Shown in pieces: positions 39,043 to 48,311 of a stretch of 64,000 nt of DNA. Location of the stretch: assembly GCA_036676395.1 (NCBI GenBank), contig JAKFCY010000003.1, positions 224,001 through 288,000 on the forward strand, written 5' to 3'. This stretch comes from Bdellovibrio sp. Lineage in GTDB: Bacteria > Bdellovibrionota > Bdellovibrionia > Bdellovibrionales > Bdellovibrionaceae. The translations under genes were made by a program, and so were the position numbers. How positions within the stretch are numbered: position 1 is the first letter of the stretch; every line of letters starts with the position of its first letter. The notes under the pieces are model-generated. The model was given only the letters and a program-made list of their open reading frames with translations. It was not told where the DNA came from and made no database searches.

Positions 39043-39570
39043 ATGTTAAAAAATTTAGTGATCACAGCGGCTATTTTGATTTCGGCAGCAACAGTTCAAG
39101 CCTTACCAACTGCGGTGTCTGACATTTTACCGAATGGCTCAGTGGCACGCTGTAAAGAAGGTGGCGATGCTGGGTCTCGCGCATTTCGTTTAACTATTAA
39201 AGATTTGTCAGCGGCTTCATTAACTTTACAAGTAGACACCTTAGTATGCCTTCGCCTTGAAGGAAAAATGACTTTAGTTCATTACGCTTTATCTGAAAAA
39301 CAAGTTTATAAAAATAACGGTCATGTTATTAGTTATGAATATGGTAATGCCAGTTTAGCAGTTATGAACACGGATGCGACTCATTTATTTGACCGCATAA
39401 ATTTAGATTCAACTAAATTTACTCAAGACGTCACTTTGAATATTCAAGCCGTACCATCTCATGTTTTTGATGTGGGCTTACAAATGTTAGAAGTCATCAA
39501 GATCGATGATAAAATCGTTGATCAAGGTATGAAAGCCAGCGGTTCATACCGTATCAACCTCCAAGATTAA
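39043..39570 (+). CDS. Secreted hypothetical protein
   Basis: Signal peptide ending VQA; two Cys. Confidence 0.75.
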   Translation: MLKNLVITAAILISAATVQALPTAVSDILPNGSVARCKEGGDAGSRAFRLTIKDLSAASLTLQVDTLVCLRLEGKMTLVHYALSEKQVYKNNGHVISYEYGNASLAVMNTDATHLFDRINLDSTKFTQDVTLNIQAVPSHVFDVGLQMLEVIKIDDKIVDQGMKASGSYRINLQD

Positions 39571-39980
39571 TTATTAGATTTTACGCCAGAACTTCCGCCC
39601 GTTGTTCCAGTTCTAACGGCAATCGGGTTAACACAAGTATTTGCGATAACCTGATCGCTTTCTAAATACGAACAGCGATGTGCTGTTGTGCGCGGAATAC
39701 ATTCTGCACGCTCTGGTTCTGGATCAACCTGAGCACTGACTTGATAATCATTCGGATCGTCTCCTAAGACAGAACTTGGCAAAACCGCGTCGTTCGTTGA
39801 AACGGCATCTTGTGTTTGTTCTGTAGGTACGCGCGGTGGTGTATTTGATCTGAAAATATTAACAAAAATTAAACCGATCGCGGCTAACTGCATTTTAAAT
39901 GCATCAAAAAATCCTGCCTGCGCAATGGGTGCTTGTAACAATGACAATGAAAACAACACGACCATAATTTTCTTATTCAT
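39567..39980 (-). CDS. Small secreted protein
   Basis: SD GGAG, signal peptide ending AQA, overlaps end of upstream YD-repeat gene. Confidence 0.7.
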   Translation of the reverse strand: MNKKIMVVLFSLSLLQAPIAQAGFFDAFKMQLAAIGLIFVNIFRSNTPPRVPTEQTQDAVSTNDAVLPSSVLGDDPNDYQVSAQVDPEPERAECIPRTTAHRCSYLESDQVIANTCVNPIAVRTGTTGGSSGVKSNN

Positions 39981-41250
39981 TGTTTGCTCCATTTTTCGTC
40001 AGTAAAAATTCTGTGAACAAATCAAAAGCCGCATAACCAGAATTTTTACGCTTCGACTCAGAAGATTCCATCGCATCTAGTTTGCCATTTTTATATTTGA
40101 AAACTACTTTGCCACTGCCGACTAATTCTAATTCAACTAACCGTTGATGTTTATATTTTGTATTGATTGTTTTTTTGCGTTTATTCGCTAATCGGGTTTG
40201 TTTAATCTGAGTGATGTTTCCTAAAGAATCTTCAATATAATCCCAACGCACGCCTTTAGCAGTTATCGTTTGCCAGCCTTTAGAAGTTTTAATCAGGTTG
40301 CCATTGATACTAACTGGCGTACGAAACAAAGCATCTTTATCCATGCGGTGCTTTTGAAACAAAGGCGAACTTGCAGAAGTAAATTCTTGAGTTGTTTTTT
40401 CACAAATATTTTTAACAGTCGATTTCAGCGATGCCGTGTTTACATCCATGAAATATGAAAAATCAAAACCGCAGTTGTTTGGATGACTGACTTTACTGAC
40501 AACATCTAGTTTTGAATCATAAGTTACAGTATGTCTTTCACCACTTGGAACCGTAAATCCATTTACACGACCTTTTGAATCGTAAGAATAAGTCATTTTT
40601 TTATTCCAGGCGTTTTCAACACTCACGAGGTTATTATCTTTGTCATAACTATACGTGACTTGAATTTTTTTTGGTCCAGTTATTTTTTCTAAAACTTTTT
40701 CAGTTTTTGCAAAACTAAAAAAATAGTGATCACCGCCATTGTGAACAATACGATCAATCATGTTGTGCTTGTTAAAATAAATACGAATAAATGGCTTTTC
40801 AGGATTATTCTTGCGCGAGATCAAACTTAACTGGCCTTGTTCATTATACACGATAATATTTTCAGAGCCGACACGCATATAACCAGAACCATTTGGAAGT
40901 TCCTGAATTATTTCTGTGCCGGCGTTGTTGGCATAACCACCTTCTGTCTTTGAAAAAACACTGGCTGTAGTTTGCCCGCATTTTCTGATTTCAAATCCAG
41001 AATTTGCCCGCACAATCGTTTCTTCTAATTGCGAGCACCAATTGTTGCCAAACATGCCATAGCTTTTTCGTTTATGATTATATTGGCGTTGAATTTTAAA
41101 TGGAGTTAAAACTTCTTTGGTGATTATATCTATTGTGTCTAATGACAGCTCACCACTGATTGGATTTACTTCTGCAAAAGACGTAAACCCTACGAATAAG
41201 ATTATTAAAGGTAATATTTTCTTCACTCTTATTATTTTAAACTTGTTCAA
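39973..41250 (-). CDS. Secreted DUF6531/YD-repeat (RHS-like) protein, short
   Basis: VNPISGEL, RQYN..GMFGNNW, YSYDKDNNL, YSYDSKGRV repeats. Confidence 0.75.
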   Translation of the reverse strand: MNKFKIIRVKKILPLIILFVGFTSFAEVNPISGELSLDTIDIITKEVLTPFKIQRQYNHKRKSYGMFGNNWCSQLEETIVRANSGFEIRKCGQTTASVFSKTEGGYANNAGTEIIQELPNGSGYMRVGSENIIVYNEQGQLSLISRKNNPEKPFIRIYFNKHNMIDRIVHNGGDHYFFSFAKTEKVLEKITGPKKIQVTYSYDKDNNLVSVENAWNKKMTYSYDSKGRVNGFTVPSGERHTVTYDSKLDVVSKVSHPNNCGFDFSYFMDVNTASLKSTVKNICEKTTQEFTSASSPLFQKHRMDKDALFRTPVSINGNLIKTSKGWQTITAKGVRWDYIEDSLGNITQIKQTRLANKRKKTINTKYKHQRLVELELVGSGKVVFKYKNGKLDAMESSESKRKNSGYAAFDLFTEFLLTKNGANNE

Positions 41251-41348
41251 AAATATTGATAGAGCTACGGGTCATTCTTTTTATTTCTGGTCTGATGTCG
41301 AGCCTTGGATTTGTTCTCTTTTGCAGTGATTAATGTAAAATTAAAAAC

Positions 41349-41756
41349 ATGAAAATACTTATCGGATTTTTATTAGTGTTAACTGCAGTAAATGCCTTGG
41401 CTGAACCAACTACCGATTGCGGAACCGCAAAATTAAATTACAAAAACGGCAAAGTAGCTGTTTCTGAAGAGGTTGAAATTTGTAAAAATGAATACAGTCA
41501 GTTTTATGCTAAAAAATGCGCTGATGGTTGTGAATTTATAAAAGCTTTAAAAAAACAAGGCGATATCGAATTAGAAGATTCAACTGTCGGAAGCCCTGGC
41601 GGACAAATTTGCCAACAGCTGGGCTTTGAATCTCGTTTAGTTGAAGTAGAATTTAAAAAAATTAAAACCCCGCACGTTGATTTGTGTTTTGGTGATGACA
41701 CAGACTCATTTGTCTCTTCAGGATTTTTACGTGATTTACAAGGTAGTCTTGAATGA
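41349..41756 (+). CDS. Secreted Cys-rich small protein
   Basis: Signal peptide, six Cys, GSPGGQICQQLG. Confidence 0.75.
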   Translation: MKILIGFLLVLTAVNALAEPTTDCGTAKLNYKNGKVAVSEEVEICKNEYSQFYAKKCADGCEFIKALKKQGDIELEDSTVGSPGGQICQQLGFESRLVEVEFKKIKTPHVDLCFGDDTDSFVSSGFLRDLQGSLE

Positions 41757-42718
41757 AATGGTTAACGTTTGTTATTTTCGCCTTCTTTGCACACAACTCA
41801 TTCGCTGCGGGCTCATGTGAAAATATCGATTTGCGCGATCAACTTGGCCCTGTGCTAAACCAAGATGGTACAGGATTATGTTATGCCTACACCGCTAGTG
41901 ACATCGTTTCTCATAAATTGGGTCGCAAGGTTTCTCCGGTAGACATTGCTCTTCAATACACTAAACATCGAGATGAATTAATGGTGCGTGGTGCGGGCAG
42001 TAAATATTTAAATCAAGTCACTGATGAGCGCAAAAGAGACATCTTTCACGGTGGCTGGGTTAGGTATGCTTTACAATATTCTAATCAAGTAGGATTTTGC
42101 GCCGACGAAAAAATTAATTCGAATGATTTCACAACTAATCGTGGCTTATTCAAAGGCTTAGTTAACTTGAATCAATTGAGTTTGCATCAATATAGTTTAG
42201 ATAGTTCTACTGGCGAATCTTGCGGAAAATTTGCTGAAATTCAAAAAGTTTTTCCAGGCGTAAGTATCCGTGAAATACAGGATATTGCCAATCGAAGCGA
42301 CATAACAAATGTTGGGGCTAACTTAACTGATAAAGCTTGCGAACCTCGCATTAAATCAACCACACCAATGAAGTTTAAAAATCTGCATAACGAAAGCAGT
42401 AGATCTGAAATTTTGCGCAGTTCTGATTTTAACGAAATCGACCGTGTTCTTAGCAAAAAACAACCTGTATCGGTTTCAATTTTTATGGATAAAATCTATA
42501 GTTTTGGTAAATCAAGTATCGCAAAACAACCCCGCCACGCTATTACATTGGCCGGAAGAAAATATAATCCGGCGACTGGCAAATGTGAATATATCTTAAA
42601 AAACTCTTGGGGACCAGAATGTGATCGCTATTACAAAGTACGTTGTGAAAATGGCTATTTATTCGTGCCTGAAGAAACGTTTAAATCAATTGTCTATGGG
42701 GCTGATTACATCGAATAA
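41753..42718 (+). CDS. Secreted papain-like (C1) cysteine peptidase
   Basis: IDLR, NQDGTGLCYAY (Gln/Cys), HAITLAG (His), KNSWG (Asn). Confidence 0.88.
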   Translation: MKWLTFVIFAFFAHNSFAAGSCENIDLRDQLGPVLNQDGTGLCYAYTASDIVSHKLGRKVSPVDIALQYTKHRDELMVRGAGSKYLNQVTDERKRDIFHGGWVRYALQYSNQVGFCADEKINSNDFTTNRGLFKGLVNLNQLSLHQYSLDSSTGESCGKFAEIQKVFPGVSIREIQDIANRSDITNVGANLTDKACEPRIKSTTPMKFKNLHNESSRSEILRSSDFNEIDRVLSKKQPVSVSIFMDKIYSFGKSSIAKQPRHAITLAGRKYNPATGKCEYILKNSWGPECDRYYKVRCENGYLFVPEETFKSIVYGADYIE

Positions 42719-42725
42719 TTAAAAT

Positions 42726-43805
42726 TTAGCCGCGCGAACGAAATAAACAAAAGTTTCCGTAACTGAACACTTGCGGCGCCGACCAGTTTTTCTTTTCAGC
42801 AACTGTCATAAACTGTTCGCGAGCATTGCCTTTAGTGATGATCATAATTTTTTTAGTCGCTGCAATCGCATTAAGTTGCGCAATCACATGCATATATGTT
42901 TCTGCCGTAAAGGGATCAAACATATAATAAACTTCAGCTTCAGGAATTTTAAAATCCGCTAACGAAAGATCTTGATGAAAAAACTGAGTTTTCTTCTGAA
43001 TACCTAATTTATAAGCAGCAGCATTTGCTAAATCAACACGGTTACTTACAAACTCATAGCCCTTGAAATCGATATCTGGACGTAACAAGCTCACGACTAA
43101 GCCTACCCGGCCATAGCCAGAACCTAAATCAACAAAGCGTGCGTTTAATGGTATACGCAGATAATTAAGTGCAATGATGATCGTATTATAAGTCGATTGA
43201 ACACCTACGCCAGAGCCTTGATAAATTCGCTCTAGAGTTTCATCTGCAGCTTCTGTAGATTGCATTTCAATTTTATAATCCAGATTAAAAACATGATCTA
43301 AAATATCAAAAGTGCGATCTAAAGAAAAGCTGACTGGTTCTTTTTTATCATCGTATTGATTGTGAAGCTCTTGTTCGAATTCAAAAATTTCCAACATTAA
43401 TTTTAAACATTGAATAGTAAATACAGAATGCTCGCTATTTTCTAAATGAGTAATCTCAACTAAAAATGTTTTTAGGATCAACGTCACGTTACGACGCATG
43501 ACTTCGATTTCTGCAATATCTGCAGACTCAAGTGTCGAATGTAAAAATAGAATTAAGCTAAGTTCTTGCTTGAAAAACTTTTTAACAAAGTTTCCGAAAT
43601 GGGCTGGTTCTGATTTTTCTTTATTGTAAATCCAGTACTGCTCTTGGATAAATCGAAAGATCGTAATTAGAAATGCAGTATCAATAAATAGAGAGGCACG
43701 CTCGCGTACGGGCAATGAGCGCCATAGCGAGGTGATATCATTTTCACAGAGGCTTAAATTTTTATTTTTTAATAGAAGTATAAAGCTCTGTTGGTGGGTT
43801 CTCAT
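42726..43805 (-). CDS. Class I SAM-dependent methyltransferase (DOT1-like) with helical N-terminal domain
   Basis: FVDLGSGYGRV, GYEFVSNR, QDL, YYMFDPF. Confidence 0.8.
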   Translation of the reverse strand: MRTHQQSFILLLKNKNLSLCENDITSLWRSLPVRERASLFIDTAFLITIFRFIQEQYWIYNKEKSEPAHFGNFVKKFFKQELSLILFLHSTLESADIAEIEVMRRNVTLILKTFLVEITHLENSEHSVFTIQCLKLMLEIFEFEQELHNQYDDKKEPVSFSLDRTFDILDHVFNLDYKIEMQSTEAADETLERIYQGSGVGVQSTYNTIIIALNYLRIPLNARFVDLGSGYGRVGLVVSLLRPDIDFKGYEFVSNRVDLANAAAYKLGIQKKTQFFHQDLSLADFKIPEAEVYYMFDPFTAETYMHVIAQLNAIAATKKIMIITKGNAREQFMTVAEKKNWSAPQVFSYGNFCLFRSRG

Positions 43806-44035
43806 TACCTACCAACGTTTTTGTGTCGGTGAGTTATTAGTCCGTGCGTTGGATCATACGGAGATAATCCAACGTCAACAGAGTCACCTACAACAACCTT
43901 GATATTAAACTTTTTCATTTTACCACACAATCTAGCTTGGACTTTTACGCCATTATCTAGAGTGATGTGGTAAACGCCGCCCCCTGAAAGGTCATGTATT
44001 TTGCCTTTCAGAGTAACCAGGTCGTCTTTAGCCAC
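43805..44035 (-). CDS. infA: Translation initiation factor IF-1
   Basis: MAKDD..G, LDNG..V.A.LCGKMKKFNIKVVVGDSV.V.LSPYD..GLITHR. Confidence 0.92.
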   Translation of the reverse strand: MAKDDLVTLKGKIHDLSGGGVYHITLDNGVKVQARLCGKMKKFNIKVVVGDSVDVGLSPYDPTHGLITHRHKNVGR

Positions 44036-44352
44036 TAGTAACGACCGCCGCCGCCACCACCGCGAGATCCGCCGCCGAAGCCGCCACCGCGATTAGTTTT
44101 AGGTTCCATTGGTTTAGCTACAGTAACAGTCATAGCACGTTGTAATTGCTCAGAACCGTTTAATTTTTGGATAGCGTCGTTAGCTTCAGCTTCAGTAGAC
44201 ATTTCTACGAATGCGAAACCTTTAGAGCGACCAGATTCACGGTCCATGATGATTTTTGTAGATTGAACGTTACCAACTTCAGAAAATAAGTTAGTTAGAG
44301 TTTGTTCATCCATTTTAAAAGATAAGTTTCCAACGTATAGTTTGTTGTTCAT
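44035..44352 (-). CDS. RRM RNA-binding protein with Gly/RGG tail
   Basis: RNP2 LYVGNL, RNP1 KGFAFVEM, tail NRGGGFGGGSRGGGGGGRY. Confidence 0.95.
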   Translation of the reverse strand: MNNKLYVGNLSFKMDEQTLTNLFSEVGNVQSTKIIMDRESGRSKGFAFVEMSTEAEANDAIQKLNGSEQLQRAMTVTVAKPMEPKTNRGGGFGGGSRGGGGGGRY

Positions 44353-44556
44353 AATTCCTCCTCAGGAATAAAGTGTTCGCCTAAGAAGAAAGAGCTTAAT
44401 GCTTTTGATCGATAGTACAGAACGGTTGAGACTTAGATTTAAACTATTTTTGCGTCTTTACCTAGCAAATAATGCTTTTTCTTTCAGAAGCTATTCTATT
44501 CGATATAAAGGGAATTTTTACCCCATTTGCTCAACTTTTAATTGTTGAGGGCTAGT

Positions 44557-45027
44557 TTAATGCAGAAGCTTTGTGCCCACCGTGTTAACAGAGGCATTCA
44601 CCTCGGCGCTAGTCGCATCGCGGACTTCAAGGGCTTCGATTTCGAATACCAGATCCTGACCAGCTAACGGATGGTTTCCATCCAGTCTAATAAAGTCATT
44701 TTGAAACTCTACTACTTTGTAGGTTCTAGAGTTTCCGCTTTTTCCGATAATCGAAATAATTTGGCCAATGCGAAGATCTTTTCCGAGCTTTTTAACAGGA
44801 TAAAGAATAATTTTTTGCAGGTCATAAAAACCGTAGGCCTCGCTGGCAGTGATACTAATTTTTCGGTGTTCGCCTTTTTTTAGATTTTGCAAACCTTGAG
44901 TAAGCCCAACTAACATGGTGTCAGCCGGATTAACTGAAGTTAAAACATCACGATTGTAGGTAGTACTAATTAACTGACCAGCTGTATTTTTTAGAATGCA
45001 GTTAAATGAAATAATTTGCGAATTCAT
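44557..45027 (-). CDS. FKBP-type peptidyl-prolyl isomerase (SlyD/SlpA-like, no His tail)
   Basis: EAYG, LDGNHPLAGQDLVFEIE. Confidence 0.85.
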   Translation of the reverse strand: MNSQIISFNCILKNTAGQLISTTYNRDVLTSVNPADTMLVGLTQGLQNLKKGEHRKISITASEAYGFYDLQKIILYPVKKLGKDLRIGQIISIIGKSGNSRTYKVVEFQNDFIRLDGNHPLAGQDLVFEIEALEVRDATSAEVNASVNTVGTKLLH

Positions 45028-45043
45028 CAGTTCCCCTATCGCG

Positions 45044-45074
45044 AAAATAAAAACCGACCTATTACGGTCGGTTT
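45044..45074 (-). terminator. Terminator after upstream RRM gene
   Basis: AAACCGACC-N6-GGTCGGTTT with U-tract on minus strand. Confidence 0.75.
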
Positions 45075-45096
45075 AATTAATTTTTAACTAAAAAAA

Positions 45097-45366
45097 TTAG
45101 TATGAATTAGTACGAGGAGCCATTGGTTTAGCTTCTGAAACATTCATAGCGCGACCATCAAAATCAGTTCCGTTAAAACGGCTGATAGTTGTCGTAGCTT
45201 CTGCAGAAGTAGACATTTCTACGAATGCAAAACCTTTAGAGCGACCAGAATCGCGATCCATAATGATTTTAACTGATTGAACAGTTCCACACTCAGAAAA
45301 TTTATCACCTAATGATTGATCAGTTGCAGAATATGGCAAATTGCCAACGTATAATTTATTACTCAT
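45097..45366 (-). CDS. RRM RNA-binding protein (no Gly tail)
   Basis: LYVGNL, KGFAFVEM; close paralog of 44035..44352. Confidence 0.95.
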   Translation of the reverse strand: MSNKLYVGNLPYSATDQSLGDKFSECGTVQSVKIIMDRDSGRSKGFAFVEMSTSAEATTTISRFNGTDFDGRAMNVSEAKPMAPRTNSY

Positions 45367-45647
45367 AAAAACCTCCTAAAGGCTTGAGCGCTACTTCGGA
45401 GGAATTGAACAGAATGAACAAGGTCTCTAACTTAGCTATTTACTTATCGGCACTTTACCACGAATAAAAAAATCGACCTAATTTATAATTGGTTCAGATC
45501 GTTGCAGTCGCATTTGAACTAGATAGTTTGTGTTCGACCTCTAAGTGGCTCAGAACGATTAGAGGTCTTTTATTGAAAATTTAATGGTCATTAACTTTAT
45601 AGATTGAATTTCTTTTAGCGCAGTTTCGCGCGAATATTACGATTCTT

Positions 45648-45854
45648 TTAACATTTGTTCGGCTCCAGAAAGTCGAAACCAAAAATCATTAACTGCAAAG
45701 TAAAAAACACAAGCAAGCCGATGATAATACTTCGACGCGTAGCTTGAAGCATCTTTAGATAAATTAAGATGGCTTTTTTCTTAACCTGACCAAACGCATA
45801 TTTATACGCCATTTGACTTAAAAAAAATGAGAAAATCTTTCGCATCCAATTCAT
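45648..45854 (-). pseudogene. Short membrane ORF, possibly a truncated gene
   Basis: Protein-like N-terminus and one TM segment, then an abrupt end. Confidence 0.35.
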
Positions 45855-46164
45855 TGTTTTTTCACACTAATCTTGTTTGCGCTGACCGAAAATCCAACCG
45901 ACAACAAATGCAATTAGCCACCACTGTTGCTATTCAGCGGCAAACATACCGTTTATACAATTATGATACTGATTACCTATCAATCGAAAAAACTGTGTTA
46001 GCTTTCACAGTTCGACAAAAACTGGGCCACAATTTTAAAGAAAAATATTTTCATTCAACTACCCAAACACGTAAAGATGATAAACAATTAATAAAAAAGA
46101 ACTCAGAAAATTTTATCGAACTCAGTTTATCGTACGGAAAAAATTGACCGCCGAAGGATGAATA

Positions 46165-46863
46165 ATGAACTGGCACGCCCAACACGAAAAACACAAAACG
46201 ACAAATATAGGATGGATAAGAGCCGCGGTTTTAGGGGCCAATGATGGCATAGTTTCTACAGCCAGTTTAATAGTTGGTGTCGCTTCAGCAAATGCCACTT
46301 ACCAAAATATTTTAATCAGCGGAGTTGCCGGATTAGCTGCCGGAGCCCTATCGATGGCGGCCGGAGAATACGTTTCTGTCAGCTCACAATCTGATACTGA
46401 AAAAGCTGATCTTGCTCGCGAGGCGCTAGAGCTGGAAGCCGACCCTGAATTTGAACTTAAAGAACTTCAACAAATTTATATCGGGCGCGGACTCTCGCCT
46501 GATCTTGCGAAACAAGTTGCCATAGAACTCACAAAACACGATGCCTTAGGCAGTCATGCGCGCGATGAACTCGGCATCACAGAAATTCATAAAGCACGAC
46601 CCATCCAGGCGGCCTTTGCATCTGCTATTACATTTGCTACTGGTGCTGCATTACCGTTGCTGGTCGTAGTTATATCGCCAACGTCTCATCTACCTCTCAC
46701 TGTATCCATAGCATCGATTCTTTTTTTATTTTTTCTCGGAGTTCTTTCAGCTATTGCAGGCGGAGCTAACATTAGAAGAGCTGCTCTTCGTATTTCCTTT
46801 TGGGGAGCTTTTGCAATGGCTATAACCGCTGCTATCGGCCATGTATTCGGCACAATTCTATAA
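46165..46863 (+). CDS. VIT1/CCC1 family Fe/Mn transporter
   Basis: RAAVLGANDGIVST, SMAAGEYVSVSSQ, HARDELGI. Confidence 0.93.
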   Translation: MNWHAQHEKHKTTNIGWIRAAVLGANDGIVSTASLIVGVASANATYQNILISGVAGLAAGALSMAAGEYVSVSSQSDTEKADLAREALELEADPEFELKELQQIYIGRGLSPDLAKQVAIELTKHDALGSHARDELGITEIHKARPIQAAFASAITFATGAALPLLVVVISPTSHLPLTVSIASILFLFFLGVLSAIAGGANIRRAALRISFWGAFAMAITAAIGHVFGTIL

Positions 46864-46886
46864 ATTTAAAAATTGTGTTAGAAGAA

Positions 46887-46962
46887 TGGTGGCCAAGGAC
46901 GGAATTGAACCGCCGACACGATGATTTTCAGTCATCTGCTCTACCGACTGAGCTACTTGGCC
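46887..46962 (-). tRNA. tRNA-Phe (GAA)
   Basis: GGCCAAG acceptor stem, D-loop, anticodon loop CTGAAAA, GTTCAATTC T-loop, encoded CCA; 76 nt. Confidence 0.97.
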
Positions 46963-47138
46963 GATCTAAAAAGTGAACTTGGAAATTATCTATTCAGCCT
47001 AATCAAGTCAACTATTTAGCCAGCCCTTTCAGAATTCATTCTGGTTTGTGATTAATAAATAATCATAAATAGGCTGTGCCCGTTAATTTAGCCCGGGCAG
47101 CGTTTGATTTTTGCTCAAAATCATTAAAAGATAACGTC

Positions 47139-48311
47139 TTGAAGTCATATTTAGCCCTACTTATTTTCAGCGCCTCATCATTCTTGGCTATTTCTGCACA
47201 GGCCTATCCACATTTTATCGGTTACGGCTATTCTTCGTGTATTACCTGCCATTACAGCGGTTCAGGTGGTGGTGCATTGAATGATTATGGTCGCGCATTA
47301 TTTGCGAATGAAATTGCCGCCCGCGATTTCATCGATGATCAAGTTTCGGATGAAGAGCTATCTGAGCGCTCAGGATTTTTAGGTAAAAAACCGTTACCGT
47401 GGTGGTTGCGCCCGGGTTTTAAATACCGTGGCTTATGGATGCGCAGCAATCCGGGTTCTGCGCAAACGCAAGTTGATCGTCACATCAACATGCAAACTGA
47501 TTTAAACTTAAATTTCTTTTTTGATAAAAAGCAAAAATTCACTTTAGTTACAACATCAACTTACACTGACCGCTACCCTCCATATCCAGATATTCAAAAG
47601 TGGAGCACATTCACAAAAGAATATTACTTACGTTGGAAAATCGCGAATACTTACTGGTTGTATATCGGCCAAATGGATAAAACATTTGGCATTCGCGATG
47701 CCGATCATACAGCAGTAAACCGTAAAGTATTACGATTAGGCCAGTACGATCAATCTTTAGGTGCGATCTTTCATGTGACTTATCCTGAGTGGGATGTGGC
47801 TTTAAATTATTTCACGGGTAACGCTAAAGAACCGACTGTGGATAAACAACAGGGTTTAGCAGTAACCGGAGAATACCAGTTCATTGAAAAACTTAAAGTC
47901 GGCGCTTCTTATTTAAATTCAAGCAGCGAAAGTGTGACGTGGAATATTTTTGCTCTGCATACTCGTATTGGCTTGGTTAAAGGTTCATCGTTTTTGGTCG
48001 AAGTTGGTTTAAAAGAAAAAAAGAATAAAACAATCGTTACGACTGATAAAACCCCGCTGGGCTCTTATGTTTGGTTAAGTTCGATGATTAATTTACGCCG
48101 TGGTTATAATTTATTATCAAATATTGAATTTAGCCGCAGTGATATGAATAAAACCAGTGATGAATATTATCGCTGGAGTTTGGGAACGATTTTTTTTCCG
48201 ATTCCACGCACTGAAGTTCGTTTAATGGCGATCAATGGTAAATCTTTTTCTGAGGGAGGCGCAAGTGAAGACAGCTGGATGTTGCAATCACAATTTCACC
48301 TTTCATATTAG
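47139..48311 (+). CDS. Outer-membrane beta-barrel with N-terminal CxxCH
   Basis: TTG start gives clean signal peptide; YPHF..GY..CITCH..GGG.LNDYGR; terminal FHLSY. Confidence 0.75.
   Translation: MKSYLALLIFSASSFLAISAQAYPHFIGYGYSSCITCHYSGSGGGALNDYGRALFANEIAARDFIDDQVSDEELSERSGFLGKKPLPWWLRPGFKYRGLWMRSNPGSAQTQVDRHINMQTDLNLNFFFDKKQKFTLVTTSTYTDRYPPYPDIQKWSTFTKEYYLRWKIANTYWLYIGQMDKTFGIRDADHTAVNRKVLRLGQYDQSLGAIFHVTYPEWDVALNYFTGNAKEPTVDKQQGLAVTGEYQFIEKLKVGASYLNSSSESVTWNIFALHTRIGLVKGSSFLVEVGLKEKKNKTIVTTDKTPLGSYVWLSSMINLRRGYNLLSNIEFSRSDMNKTSDEYYRWSLGTIFFPIPRTEVRLMAINGKSFSEGGASEDSWMLQSQFHLSY

Noticed and set aside
44160..45360. Near-identical DNA stretches in the two RRM genes as a mobile repeat
   Set aside because: Explained by paralogous coding sequence around RNP1
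45443..45450. Perfect sigma28 -10 (GCCGATAA) on the minus strand upstream of the RRM gene
   Set aside because: No TAAA/TCAAG -35 at the right spacing; the adjacent TGGTAAAGT fits an extended sigma70 -10 better
45827..46147. 106-aa plus-strand ORF
   Set aside because: No SD or recognisable motif; overlaps the start of an opposite-strand ORF in AT-rich DNA; likely spurious
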